Below, piece after piece: positions 18,546 through 27,794 of a DNA stretch of 51,307 bases. This DNA comes from an uncultured Candidatus Saccharibacteria bacterium (lineage in GTDB: Bacteria > Patescibacteriota > Minisyncoccia > UBA6257 > GWB1-50-10). Each line of letters begins with the position of its first letter. Positions within the stretch are counted from its first letter, which is position 1. Below the pieces are notes generated by a model. The model saw nothing but the letters and a program-made list of their open reading frames with translations, made no database searches and was not told the origin of the DNA. The translations under genes were made by a program, and so were the position numbers. The stretch covers positions 1 through 51,307 of the forward strand of contig CAZAZV010000003.1 in NCBI GenBank assembly GCA_964489845.1. The letters run 5' to 3'.

Positions 18546-19960
18546 GGATTCTTGGATGATTTCTTCATGATACCTATTAAGGTCCCCGCGCATTTTTCTA
18601 TGGCGAACGGAAGTGGAGCTAAAAAGCCTTTCATGTTGTGCGGGAAAATTTTGTATTCTGCGATTCTCAGTTCCTCAAATTCGCTTTTCATCAAAGCTGA
18701 CGTGTAATCGATTTCGGGAAGCCCTTGGGTCTTCTCTGGAATATTTATTGGCACTATCGAGATCGCGTATCCTCCGTCTCTCGTGACATCAAGCATCTTC
18801 TCCAGAAACTTAATCCTATCGTCCCTATTCTGATAATGCTCAACCGCTCCGACATGGAAGACTAGATCATATTGAGTCCTTTCACCGAAACTCAAGAAAT
18901 CTCCCATAAAAAGTTTCGCTGTTTTTTTAAGGAACCTTTCCGCCCTTGCGAGAACGTCGGGCGAAATGTCAATGCCAGCCGTCTCCCATCCTTCCGCCTG
19001 AAACATATCAAGATGCTTTCCTCCTCCAACGCCAATCTCGAAAACACTTCCCCTTGCGTCCGGTATTTTCCTGAAAATTCTGCGCCAGACTCTTGAAAAG
19101 CCCTTCGCGTTCCTGTCGTGAACATAGACCCCTTCTCTCTTCAAATCTTCTAGCCAAAAAGCGGATTCTTTCCTTCGTTTCACTCCTACAACCGCGATGG
19201 AGAGATGGGGAAAATTAAAAATCCTGGTGATGAGCGGGTCAAGGATAACTAAAATTCTCAAGGGGAAAACGATAAGCCAGGCGGCTTTGTAATTTATCCT
19301 ACGTTGCAGCCGCCGGTAGGATGCAATAAGTAGCTGGGAAATCAGGCCGGAAACATGTTCTTTCTTAGTCACCACAAACCCCGCTTCCCCCAATAGAAGC
19401 CCCATCTCCTCGTGAGTATAGCCCCATCTGACGTGACCGCCGTCTTCATACGTTGAGAGCGACACGGCATCGTCTCCCAATAGATGCTTCGCGTAGTTTT
19501 TGTACGGCGCCGTGAGCAACACTCTCCCGCCGGATTTCAAGAGAAGAGAAAAATCTTTCAAAAGTTTCTCGTCTCCCAAAATATGCTCGATGGTCTCGAA
19601 ACAGATAATTTGGTCGAAAAGACCAAGCTGCTCCGTCATGTTATCCAGTTGCCGCAGATCTCCCGTTATGAAACGAACGTTCTTGATTCCTAAAAGCGCC
19701 GCGCGTTCCGTGGCAATTTTATTCTTCCCCTCGTCGAAAGAGACGCCGATTGCTTCATTGCCCCTTTTCGCCGCGTAGAGCGCGAATGCGCCCGAGCCGC
19801 AACCGGCATCGAGCGTACGGAGTGGTCCCCTTTTCAGATTCCTTCTCAGCCACAGCCATCGGTCGAAAACAGCGGCGTCTCCGTGTAAAACGGTTGCCGG
19901 ATAACCGACTAGTTTTACTAATATATTCCTATTCATCACCTTAGCGGTTTTTTCTTTCAA
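18542..19960 (-). CDS. Tandem double class-I SAM-dependent methyltransferase (472 aa)
   Basis: Two motif-I copies, LDAGCGSGAFALY and VFEIGVGGGKHL, are separated by a hydrophobic stretch AAWLIVFPLRILVILDPLI. An alternative start MNRNIL lies at 19936. Confidence 0.8.
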   Translation of the reverse strand: MKEKTAKVMNRNILVKLVGYPATVLHGDAAVFDRWLWLRRNLKRGPLRTLDAGCGSGAFALYAAKRGNEAIGVSFDEGKNKIATERAALLGIKNVRFITGDLRQLDNMTEQLGLFDQIICFETIEHILGDEKLLKDFSLLLKSGGRVLLTAPYKNYAKHLLGDDAVSLSTYEDGGHVRWGYTHEEMGLLLGEAGFVVTKKEHVSGLISQLLIASYRRLQRRINYKAAWLIVFPLRILVILDPLITRIFNFPHLSIAVVGVKRRKESAFWLEDLKREGVYVHDRNAKGFSRVWRRIFRKIPDARGSVFEIGVGGGKHLDMFQAEGWETAGIDISPDVLARAERFLKKTAKLFMGDFLSFGERTQYDLVFHVGAVEHYQNRDDRIKFLEKMLDVTRDGGYAISIVPINIPEKTQGLPEIDYTSALMKSEFEELRIAEYKIFPHNMKGFLAPLPFAIEKCAGTLIGIMKKSSKNP

Positions 19961-20747
19961 AAATCAGATTGAGGGTTTTATCGTATCCAACAGCTCCCCT
20001 CCCGCTCAGTGAGAATCCGCAGCTCTCGAGCGTTTCGGTCACCTCCCGAGTAGTCGATTCGCCGACCTCGATTGCAACCGACTTGAGGCGGGGATTTGAA
20101 ATGGTTTCCCGGGCTCCTTGGATCACCGAGCTCTCAAATCCATCGACATCAATTTTGAGATACGTAGGAAAGATATTTTGCACTTTTACGAATTCGTCGA
20201 GACGTATCATCGCAACGTAATTCGGGATACCGAAACCTTTCGGCATGCCTTCGATGGCATAGTAGTTTGAATTTAGAGGGAATTTGTGGAATCCTGACGT
20301 TTCGGCAAGCGCAACGAAATAAACGTCTACATTCTTGATTCCATTCAGCGCGACGTTATTCACGTGGACAAATGTCGACATAAGGTCGACATCGAACGAG
20401 AGGATGTTCTTAGGGCCAGAGGTTTTAAGCGCCGCATACAGCGATTCCGTCCCGAAACCGCCTCCGACATCGAAGAAAACGTCGTCCGGCTTCATGCCGT
20501 CCATCCATTGTAGCATTTCGGGTTCCCGCACCTCCCATCTTTTGACAGTGTCATAGATCCCCACTTCGCCCAAGGGTATCAATGCTCTGATTTTCACGCC
20601 TTTCACGGTTACCTTTGCTATGGGGGAAATTCTTGAAAAGAGCATACATACCCAGCGGCTGGGAAATTTCAAAAGAAGGAATCCCGCACAATTATTCAAA
20701 GATTCGAACAGCGGCTTTATGACGTTTGATTCTAAGAAATGTCTCAT
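19941..20747 (-). CDS. FkbM-family methyltransferase
   Basis: FFDVGGGFGTESLY and LKIDVDGFESSVIQG. Confidence 0.85.
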   Translation of the reverse strand: MRHFLESNVIKPLFESLNNCAGFLLLKFPSRWVCMLFSRISPIAKVTVKGVKIRALIPLGEVGIYDTVKRWEVREPEMLQWMDGMKPDDVFFDVGGGFGTESLYAALKTSGPKNILSFDVDLMSTFVHVNNVALNGIKNVDVYFVALAETSGFHKFPLNSNYYAIEGMPKGFGIPNYVAMIRLDEFVKVQNIFPTYLKIDVDGFESSVIQGARETISNPRLKSVAIEVGESTTREVTETLESCGFSLSGRGAVGYDKTLNLIFERKNR

Positions 20748-21679
20748 TAATGATGCTCTAAATCATTGGCTATACGATTCGCCACACCTTCTACCGTGAG
20801 ATTGTTCAATCCCAAGAGATAGTCCCGAGAACCGGAGACGTGTAGGAATTTGTCCTCTGTACCCATCCGAACGACACGGTATGGTAATCCTCTGTCGGTA
20901 ATTATCTCGGATATTGCCGAGCTAAGCCCACCAATTTTCGTATGTTCCTCCAGGACATAGATTATCCGTCGTTCTTTAAACAAACCAAGTATTGCTTTTA
21001 CATCAAGCGGCTTTACGGTGGGTAGAGAGACGAGAGAGGGCGCTACACCCTTTGACCGCAATTTCTCCGCAACTTCTTTAGCAAAAAAGAGCATACTTCC
21101 GGTTGAAATGATCATGGGTCCTTTGCCTCTCTCGACAAAAATCGGTTCTCCAATCGTTACCTCGGGTTTCTGAGAATGGATAAAAACATCAGGACCGCTC
21201 CTCGTGCGCCCGATTCTAATATACGCGGGTCCTTGGAAAGAGATTGATAGTCTTGTCACCGCCTCCGCCTCGTAGAGATCGCCCGGGCACAAGATTGTCA
21301 TATTAGGGAGGGCTCGCATTGCAGCGACATCCTCAAGCGCAAAATGACTGACGCCATATTGGTTTAAGGTAAATCCCGAAGAAGTGCCGACGATTTTCAC
21401 ATCAAGGTTATTTGAAGCGATATCCAGACGAATTTGTTCAAGACATCGAAGTGTGACGAAGGATGCTTGTGCATAGAGAAAAACGGTATAGTCGTTCAGG
21501 GCGAGTCCCGCGGAAATACCTGCGGCGTTTGCCTCCGAGACACCAGTGTTTATAAATCGGGTGGGAAATTTATCTCGTAACGCTTCGAATGTATTGAAAC
21601 CCATATCAGCGGTCACGAGCATAATACGGTCGTTCTCCTCCATCATCGCCATTAAGGTCTTTACGAATGCGCCTCTCAT
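20747..21679 (-). CDS. Transketolase, C-terminal (pyrimidine-binding) subunit
   Basis: 310 aa with FINTGVSEANAAGISAGLA; its start overlaps the stop of the upstream N-terminal subunit gene by 4 nt. Confidence 0.9.
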   Translation of the reverse strand: MRGAFVKTLMAMMEENDRIMLVTADMGFNTFEALRDKFPTRFINTGVSEANAAGISAGLALNDYTVFLYAQASFVTLRCLEQIRLDIASNNLDVKIVGTSSGFTLNQYGVSHFALEDVAAMRALPNMTILCPGDLYEAEAVTRLSISFQGPAYIRIGRTRSGPDVFIHSQKPEVTIGEPIFVERGKGPMIISTGSMLFFAKEVAEKLRSKGVAPSLVSLPTVKPLDVKAILGLFKERRIIYVLEEHTKIGGLSSAISEIITDRGLPYRVVRMGTEDKFLHVSGSRDYLLGLNNLTVEGVANRIANDLEHH

Positions 21680-22515
21680 ATTTTTTCGGATAATTCTTCA
21701 AGCGCCTGTTTGAATTCCTGTTCGTCGGGATGCTTATAATGCCATTCATTCCTGTTCTCGATGAAAGAAACACCTTTCCCCTTCACGGTATGCGCTATAA
21801 TCACCGTTGGTTTATCCTGCACTAAAGGAATCTTAGAAAACGCTTTCTCCAGAGAAGTAAAATCGTTACCCTGCGTCTCGATGACCGCCCAGTTGAAAGC
21901 TTTGAATTTATCCGAGAGCGGTTCCGGGTCTAAGATGTCTTTCACTCTTCCGAACGATTGCCAACCGTTGTAATCAACCACTACTACGAGATTATCCAAT
22001 TTGCGATGACCAGAGAAGAAAATTGCTTCCCATGTCGAGCCCTCATCCAATTCTCCGTCGCTTACTACGACAAATACTTTAAAAGAGGCATTTCTTTGTT
22101 TGCCGGCCAGTGCCATTCCCGTACCAACCGGCAAGCCGTGCCCCATAGAGCCGGTCGTCGCTTCTATGCCGGGGACACCGCTCAATGTCGTGATACCGAT
22201 AAATCTGCTGCCGTCGGTACAATACGAATCAAGTTCCTGCATCGAGAAAAATCCTTTGTCCGCAAGTACGGAATACAATGCCGCCGCGGCCCATCCCTTA
22301 CTTAAGACAAGGCGGTCTCGCTCCGGGTCGTGAGGTTGTTTCGAATTTACTCTGAGAACCGAATCGTAAAGATAGAGGAGAATATCCAATACCGAGTATG
22401 ATGACGCGATATGAGATGCTTTTGCGGCATAAATCATGCGGAGAACCTGTCTTCGCAATTCTCTGGCTTTCTTTTCTAAACTAAGAAGCTTCTCCTGTCG
22501 CATAATATCAGGCAT
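21676..22515 (-). CDS. Transketolase, N-terminal (ThDP-binding) subunit
   Basis: ASHIASSYSVLDIL and VVVSDGELDEGSTWEA (the GDG-like ThDP motif). Start taken at MPDIMRQE; the longer track ORF runs into the upstream gene. Confidence 0.85.
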   Translation of the reverse strand: MPDIMRQEKLLSLEKKARELRRQVLRMIYAAKASHIASSYSVLDILLYLYDSVLRVNSKQPHDPERDRLVLSKGWAAAALYSVLADKGFFSMQELDSYCTDGSRFIGITTLSGVPGIEATTGSMGHGLPVGTGMALAGKQRNASFKVFVVVSDGELDEGSTWEAIFFSGHRKLDNLVVVVDYNGWQSFGRVKDILDPEPLSDKFKAFNWAVIETQGNDFTSLEKAFSKIPLVQDKPTVIIAHTVKGKGVSFIENRNEWHYKHPDEQEFKQALEELSEKI

Positions 22516-23449
22516 ATTCGTGCAGTTTTGTCCATTGTATAAGCAGTGATAACCCTTGAGAAAGAGTGTGTGTAGGTATCCAATCGAGTAATAATTTCGC
22601 TTTTGAGATATCCGCAACCCACTTCGTCGGTTCGTGTTGTCGCGGAGGAATATTCCCGTAACGTGCTTGTATTTCCACCCCGGAGATATGCTCTACTATA
22701 CGCACACATTCGGCAATTGAATGTTCTTCGCCAGAAGCGATATTGAGAATACCTCCCTTAATATTCTTAATTTTCTCTATTGCCATGAGATACGCCTCGA
22801 TTACATCTTCGATGAATACGAAATCCCTGATAATCGTGGGCGAGGGGGCTTCGAACCGACCTTCTCGCAACGCAGCATGAATTAAAGTAGGCATGAGTCG
22901 ATGGTTCCCTTCGAAATATCCGTATGGAGAGAAAAGGCGCATGGTAACTATTGGAAGACCCTGTTCACGAGCAAGTGATTGCGCGTACATCGTCGCAGTT
23001 GCTTTCGTCACACCGTATAGATTATTCGGTTCCAGTATGTCTGTCTCTTTCATCGGTGTGTCTTTCTCGCCGTATTCCGAGCTGCTGCCGGTATTAATGA
23101 AGCAATTGAAACCCGTTTCAGCGCAGGCGTTCAATAGATTGACAGTCCCTCGTACATTCGTGTCAATGGTCTTTTCCACGTCCCGCTCACGACCTCGATA
23201 CGCACCGTATGTGGCGAAATGAAGAATCGTATCGGGTCTTATGCTTTTGATAAGTTCGGATGTGGAACGGGAGTCGGTTAGGTCCGTTTCGTGGAAAGAC
23301 GCTTTTTGCAGGACGTCTTTTATTCGCCAAATGTTCGATTCTTCCCTTGTGGTAATGTGAACTTCATGGTCGAGTTCCACGAATTTCCTTACAAAATTAC
23401 TCCCTATGAAACCCGTTCCTCCTGTAATGAGAACTTTCATTGCCGTCAC
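22508..23449 (-). CDS. NAD-dependent sugar epimerase/reductase (extended SDR)
   Basis: VLITGGTGFIGSN and the catalytic YGVTK. Confidence 0.85.
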   Translation of the reverse strand: MTAMKVLITGGTGFIGSNFVRKFVELDHEVHITTREESNIWRIKDVLQKASFHETDLTDSRSTSELIKSIRPDTILHFATYGAYRGRERDVEKTIDTNVRGTVNLLNACAETGFNCFINTGSSSEYGEKDTPMKETDILEPNNLYGVTKATATMYAQSLAREQGLPIVTMRLFSPYGYFEGNHRLMPTLIHAALREGRFEAPSPTIIRDFVFIEDVIEAYLMAIEKIKNIKGGILNIASGEEHSIAECVRIVEHISGVEIQARYGNIPPRQHEPTKWVADISKAKLLLDWIPTHTLSQGLSLLIQWTKLHEYA

Positions 23450-24675
23450 CCATTTTCCTTTACGTACACCTCCATATTCTCGAAAACATACTGGAGCATA
23501 CTATCGGTCATCCCGTGATGGAGCCCGAGCAGAAATGAATTCTTCAGTATCATATCGGCGTTTTTCAGGTCTCCTATTCTCCGGTATGCGACATCTCGAT
23601 ATGCGGGGTGCTTCAGGATATTCCCGGAGAACAGCGGGCGCGTTTGAATCTTGCGGTGTTCCAGATAGCGGACCAATTCGTTTCTCTTGAGCGGCGAAGT
23701 TTCCTTGATGGTGACGGGGAATGCGAGCCAGTTCGTCGTGCTCCCCTGAAGCGGCTCGGGGAGTATGAAATGCTCCGCAAATGAGCCAAGAAACCCGTAC
23801 AAGGCGTTGAAATTATTGCGTCGCTTCTCCAGGAAACCACTCAGGCGCTCCAGCTGCTTGAGGCCGAAGGCGGCTTGCATCTCCGTCGGTTTGAAGTTGT
23901 AGCCGCGCTCCACGAAGACGAACGCGCTGTCGTACGCTTCTCCGTCGATCTCAAATGTCGAAAGGCGGGCATCTATGCCGTTTTCTCTGGCGGGTATGCC
24001 GCGCCCCCAATCTCTAAAGAGCCGCGCGTGCTCCCGCACTGCTTTGTCGTCCGTCATCAGCATACCACCTGCACCGCCTGCCGTAATGACGTGGGAGGCA
24101 TAGAAACTCGTCGTCGTGATATCGCTCCACGTGCCCGAGGGTTGCCCATCTATTGTTCCGCCGATGGTGTCACAGCTGTCTTCGATGAAAACAAGGTGAT
24201 GTTTGTCGCAGAACGCCCTTATGTCGCGCGTTGGGACGAAATTCCCGATGAGGTGAGGTGCCATAACCGCAACGGTTTTCGGAGAATACGCCGCTTCAAG
24301 CTGGTCCGCGTCGATGGTGTAGCGACTCATCACTACGTCGACGAAGACGGGAGTGAGGCCGGCTTGTACAATCGGCGCAACCGTCGTGTTGAAATTGCAT
24401 GCGGGCGTAATAACTTCGCTTCCCTTCGGGAAACGCATCGCCTCCAGCGCGATGAGGTTCGCTGACGAACCGGAGTTGACGAAGAGCCCGGTTTCTTTGC
24501 CGAATATGCCGGCGATTTTCCGTTCGAACTCCGCGGTTATTTCACCGACCGTCAACCAGCCCTTGCGAAGCACGGCGTCGACCGCTTGTATCTCCGCTTC
24601 GTCGAAGGCGTCCGTCGTATTCGGCGCATACCATACCCAATCCTCTCCCGGTTTGAATTCGGTGCGTTTTTCCAT
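23446..24675 (-). CDS. DegT/DnrJ/EryC1-family enzyme with His replacing the Schiff-base Lys: candidate NDP-4-keto-6-deoxyhexose 3-dehydrase (ColD/E1-like)
   Basis: VNSGSSANL and FIEDSCDTIGG are present. SFYASHVITAGGAGG aligns to the aminotransferase SFxxxKxxxxGEGG with H at the K position. The protein has only 3 Cys. Confidence 0.75.
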   Translation of the reverse strand: MEKRTEFKPGEDWVWYAPNTTDAFDEAEIQAVDAVLRKGWLTVGEITAEFERKIAGIFGKETGLFVNSGSSANLIALEAMRFPKGSEVITPACNFNTTVAPIVQAGLTPVFVDVVMSRYTIDADQLEAAYSPKTVAVMAPHLIGNFVPTRDIRAFCDKHHLVFIEDSCDTIGGTIDGQPSGTWSDITTTSFYASHVITAGGAGGMLMTDDKAVREHARLFRDWGRGIPARENGIDARLSTFEIDGEAYDSAFVFVERGYNFKPTEMQAAFGLKQLERLSGFLEKRRNNFNALYGFLGSFAEHFILPEPLQGSTTNWLAFPVTIKETSPLKRNELVRYLEHRKIQTRPLFSGNILKHPAYRDVAYRRIGDLKNADMILKNSFLLGLHHGMTDSMLQYVFENMEVYVKENG

Positions 24676-24676
24676 A

Positions 24677-25738
24677 TTAGTGCATTTCTATTTTACCTTC
24701 TTCTGTTTCTATCGGAACACAGCGCATCCATATTTTATCTTTCCACCAATCTTCGTTATTGATGTACCAATCAATTGTTTTCTTTAATCCGTCCTCGAAA
24801 CTTATCTGCGGCTCCCATCCCACTACGCGCTTTATTTTGGACGTATCGGCGGTGTGTCGGAATACCTGTCCCGGTCGGTCGCCAACATTCAGCGCGTAAG
24901 AGGTGTGTTTCACTTTATCCCCCTTGGTGTTCATTATTCTCAGAATGGTATCGGCGATCTCGTTTACCGACCGATGAGTTCCCGACCCCACATTGAAAAC
25001 TTCTCCCACTACCTGCCCGTTCGGGGCTGATAGTATCATATCGAGCGCGCGCACGAGGTCGTCCACATAGGTGAAGTCCCGGCTACTCTCGCCGCTTCCG
25101 TGAACGGTCAGTGGTTCACCCAGGATACAACTGGTTATGAAACGGGGTATTAATTTCTCCAGATGCTGTTTGGGTCCGAACATATTGAACGGCCTCACGA
25201 TGACCGCCGGTATCTTGTACGTCGTGATGTAGGAATATACCAGCCGGTCAGCCCCCACCTTCGCCGCCGCATAGGGGCTTTGAGGATTCAACGGATGATA
25301 CTCGTCCATTTTAGGATTTACCGCAGTGCCATATACCTCACTCGTAGATATATGAATGAATTTCTCTATCCTGTGCCTGTTGTTCAAGACCGCGTTTGCC
25401 ACCCGCTGCGTGCCAATAACGTCTGTTTCGAAAAAGATGGCATCGTCGAAAATAGAACGAGTGACGTGCGTCTCCGCTGCAAAATGAAGCACGATATCCG
25501 CTTGAGCGACGAGATGTTCCACCAACTTTGCGTTTTTCACATCGCCGTACCAGAAAACGAACCGCTTATCATTGCGCATCTCTGCGGGGATGTTCCGAAT
25601 ATCGGCGGCGTACGTCAGGACATCCAGAACGATGAATCGGCAGTCAAGATACTTCTTAAACAAAAACGCAAGCGCGTTGCTGCCGATAAAACCCACTCCA
25701 CCCGTAATCAGTATCGTTTTGGCGTATGGTTGAGGCAT
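24677..25738 (-). CDS. rfbB: NDP-glucose 4,6-dehydratase (RfbB-like)
   Basis: ILITGGVGFIGSN, LTYAADIRN, HFAAETHVTRSI and ISTSEVYG. Confidence 0.85.
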   Translation of the reverse strand: MPQPYAKTILITGGVGFIGSNALAFLFKKYLDCRFIVLDVLTYAADIRNIPAEMRNDKRFVFWYGDVKNAKLVEHLVAQADIVLHFAAETHVTRSIFDDAIFFETDVIGTQRVANAVLNNRHRIEKFIHISTSEVYGTAVNPKMDEYHPLNPQSPYAAAKVGADRLVYSYITTYKIPAVIVRPFNMFGPKQHLEKLIPRFITSCILGEPLTVHGSGESSRDFTYVDDLVRALDMILSAPNGQVVGEVFNVGSGTHRSVNEIADTILRIMNTKGDKVKHTSYALNVGDRPGQVFRHTADTSKIKRVVGWEPQISFEDGLKKTIDWYINNEDWWKDKIWMRCVPIETEEGKIEMH

Positions 25739-27001
25739 AGTTTATATCAGCTTACTTCATGGCTTCAAAAATTTCAATTATGGCACGAACCCTGTCAGTG
25801 AAGAGATTCCCGCCATGGATGACCCGCTCGCGACCCCGCTCTGCGATTTTCTTCCGCTCGGATTCGTGCTGCAGATAAAAATCCACTTTGCGTTTCATCT
25901 CTTCGTATGATTCGAAGAATTCCGCCTCTTCGCCTTCCTTGAAATACTCCCCGATTTTGCTTGTACGGTAATGCAGCATAAACGCGCCGGATGCGGGGAT
26001 TTCAAAGCTGCGGCAGGCAGTCACCTCGTCGTTGTGCTCCCGCACGAATGCCAGTGCGATTTTGCTCGATATGAGCACCCTCGACATCTCATGGCACATT
26101 ACCGCTTTAAATTGTATGCATCCTTTTTTGTACAAGCAGGAATCTTTCGGGTATTTCCCCCAATTGTTGCCGTAAATCTTGATATTGTATCCGTCCCTGC
26201 AAAGCCGCTCAAGGTATTCCGACCGTCCTTCCTTCGCGTACGTACCGATGAAAACGATGTCGGCTCCGAGGTTTTTATCGGGCTTCAAATCCTCAATCGA
26301 GCCGTGACACTCTCTATCCGCCGCACACGGTAAGAACACCGATTTCACCGCACCCATCTTCAGTAGTTCACCGGCATTCACCCAGTTAAATGACAGATGG
26401 CAATCGTACAACGGAATGGACGCATAGAAAAAGTCGCTGCACGTTTTGGGGAAAAGTACGTAATCGGGGTACCATGAAAACACTTTGGCGATTTTCCTGA
26501 GCGTCTTGACCGTCGCCGGTTTTATAAACGTCGGTTTGAAGAGGAGTATCAAGTCCGGCTGAAACGCTTCGGCTTCTTTCACGAGTCCTCTATTCAGCTT
26601 CCCGGTAAAGAAATAGTGAGGTGTTTTCAGAAATTTGATGATGATGCGGTTGAAGAAATGAAATTTGAAATAATCGTTGAAGGCGACGGTTTTTACCGCT
26701 GTGCCCGTTTCTTTAAACGCTTTCACGGAAAGATCAAACGACCCTCCCTGACCCGCATCACCGCCAATGAGTACTTTCAAGTCATCATTTCGCGGCCCCA
26801 CTAGAACATCCCCGTCACTCATGATTCTCGGAGCGTATCCCCTGGAAGTGAGAAACGCCGCCACCCGCCCGCGTAATGCATCGCTGTGTATGGAGACGAA
26901 AAGCAGCGGCTTGCAGGTTTCGAGCAGATGTTCCGAGCCCCGCAAGATGTTGAACTCTTCTCCCTCGGCGTCGATTTTTATGACGCGTGGAGGAGCGATT
27001 T

Positions 27002-27294
27002 TCTTTTCTTTTAGCAAGTCGTCTAGGCTTGAAACCCGCACGGCGAGGTCCCCAGCGCCCCCGCTTATCGCGCCTGTCGCGCCGGAACCCCTGAAGTGAG
27101 TCGTTCCGCTCCGCACTGATACTGCGGACTCGACGACTTCCGTATTCCTGCAATCGTTCAGGACAAGATGCTTTTTCAGGAATTCGATATTTTCCGGCAA
27201 CGGCTCGAATGCGTACACTTTCCCTTCGTTGCCGACCAGTCTCGACGCGAGCAATGTGTATATCCCGACATTCGCACCGATGTCGTAAACAACG
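27002..27294. repeat. Tandem duplication, copy 1 (293 bp)
   Basis: Identical base for base to 27295-27587, by full manual comparison. Confidence 0.95.
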
Positions 27295-27587
27295 TCTTTT
27301 CTTTTAGCAAGTCGTCTAGGCTTGAAACCCGCACGGCGAGGTCCCCAGCGCCCCCGCTTATCGCGCCTGTCGCGCCGGAACCCCTGAAGTGAGTCGTTCC
27401 GCTCCGCACTGATACTGCGGACTCGACGACTTCCGTATTCCTGCAATCGTTCAGGACAAGATGCTTTTTCAGGAATTCGATATTTTCCGGCAACGGCTCG
27501 AATGCGTACACTTTCCCTTCGTTGCCGACCAGTCTCGACGCGAGCAATGTGTATATCCCGACATTCGCACCGATGTCGTAAACAACG
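27295..27587. repeat. Tandem duplication, copy 2 (293 bp)
   Basis: Identical to 27002-27294. The match extends 2 nt further (tc microhomology) and then diverges (27297 t versus 27590 a). Confidence 0.95.
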
Positions 27588-27794
27588 TCACCGTTTTTGA
27601 CTCTCTCGGCGAACCATTTTTGCTCTTCCGCTTCGTATGTACCGAGCCAGTACCCGTTCACCCCGCTGCCTTTTATCCACTTCGCGCCCCGCAACGGGCC
27701 ACGCCGTATTTTTATCACCGTCCCCGCCGGGATAAGTTTCAACGGCAAGCGGATGAGCTTCCCGAGAAACGCTTCGCTCGATGTGCGGGGTGGA

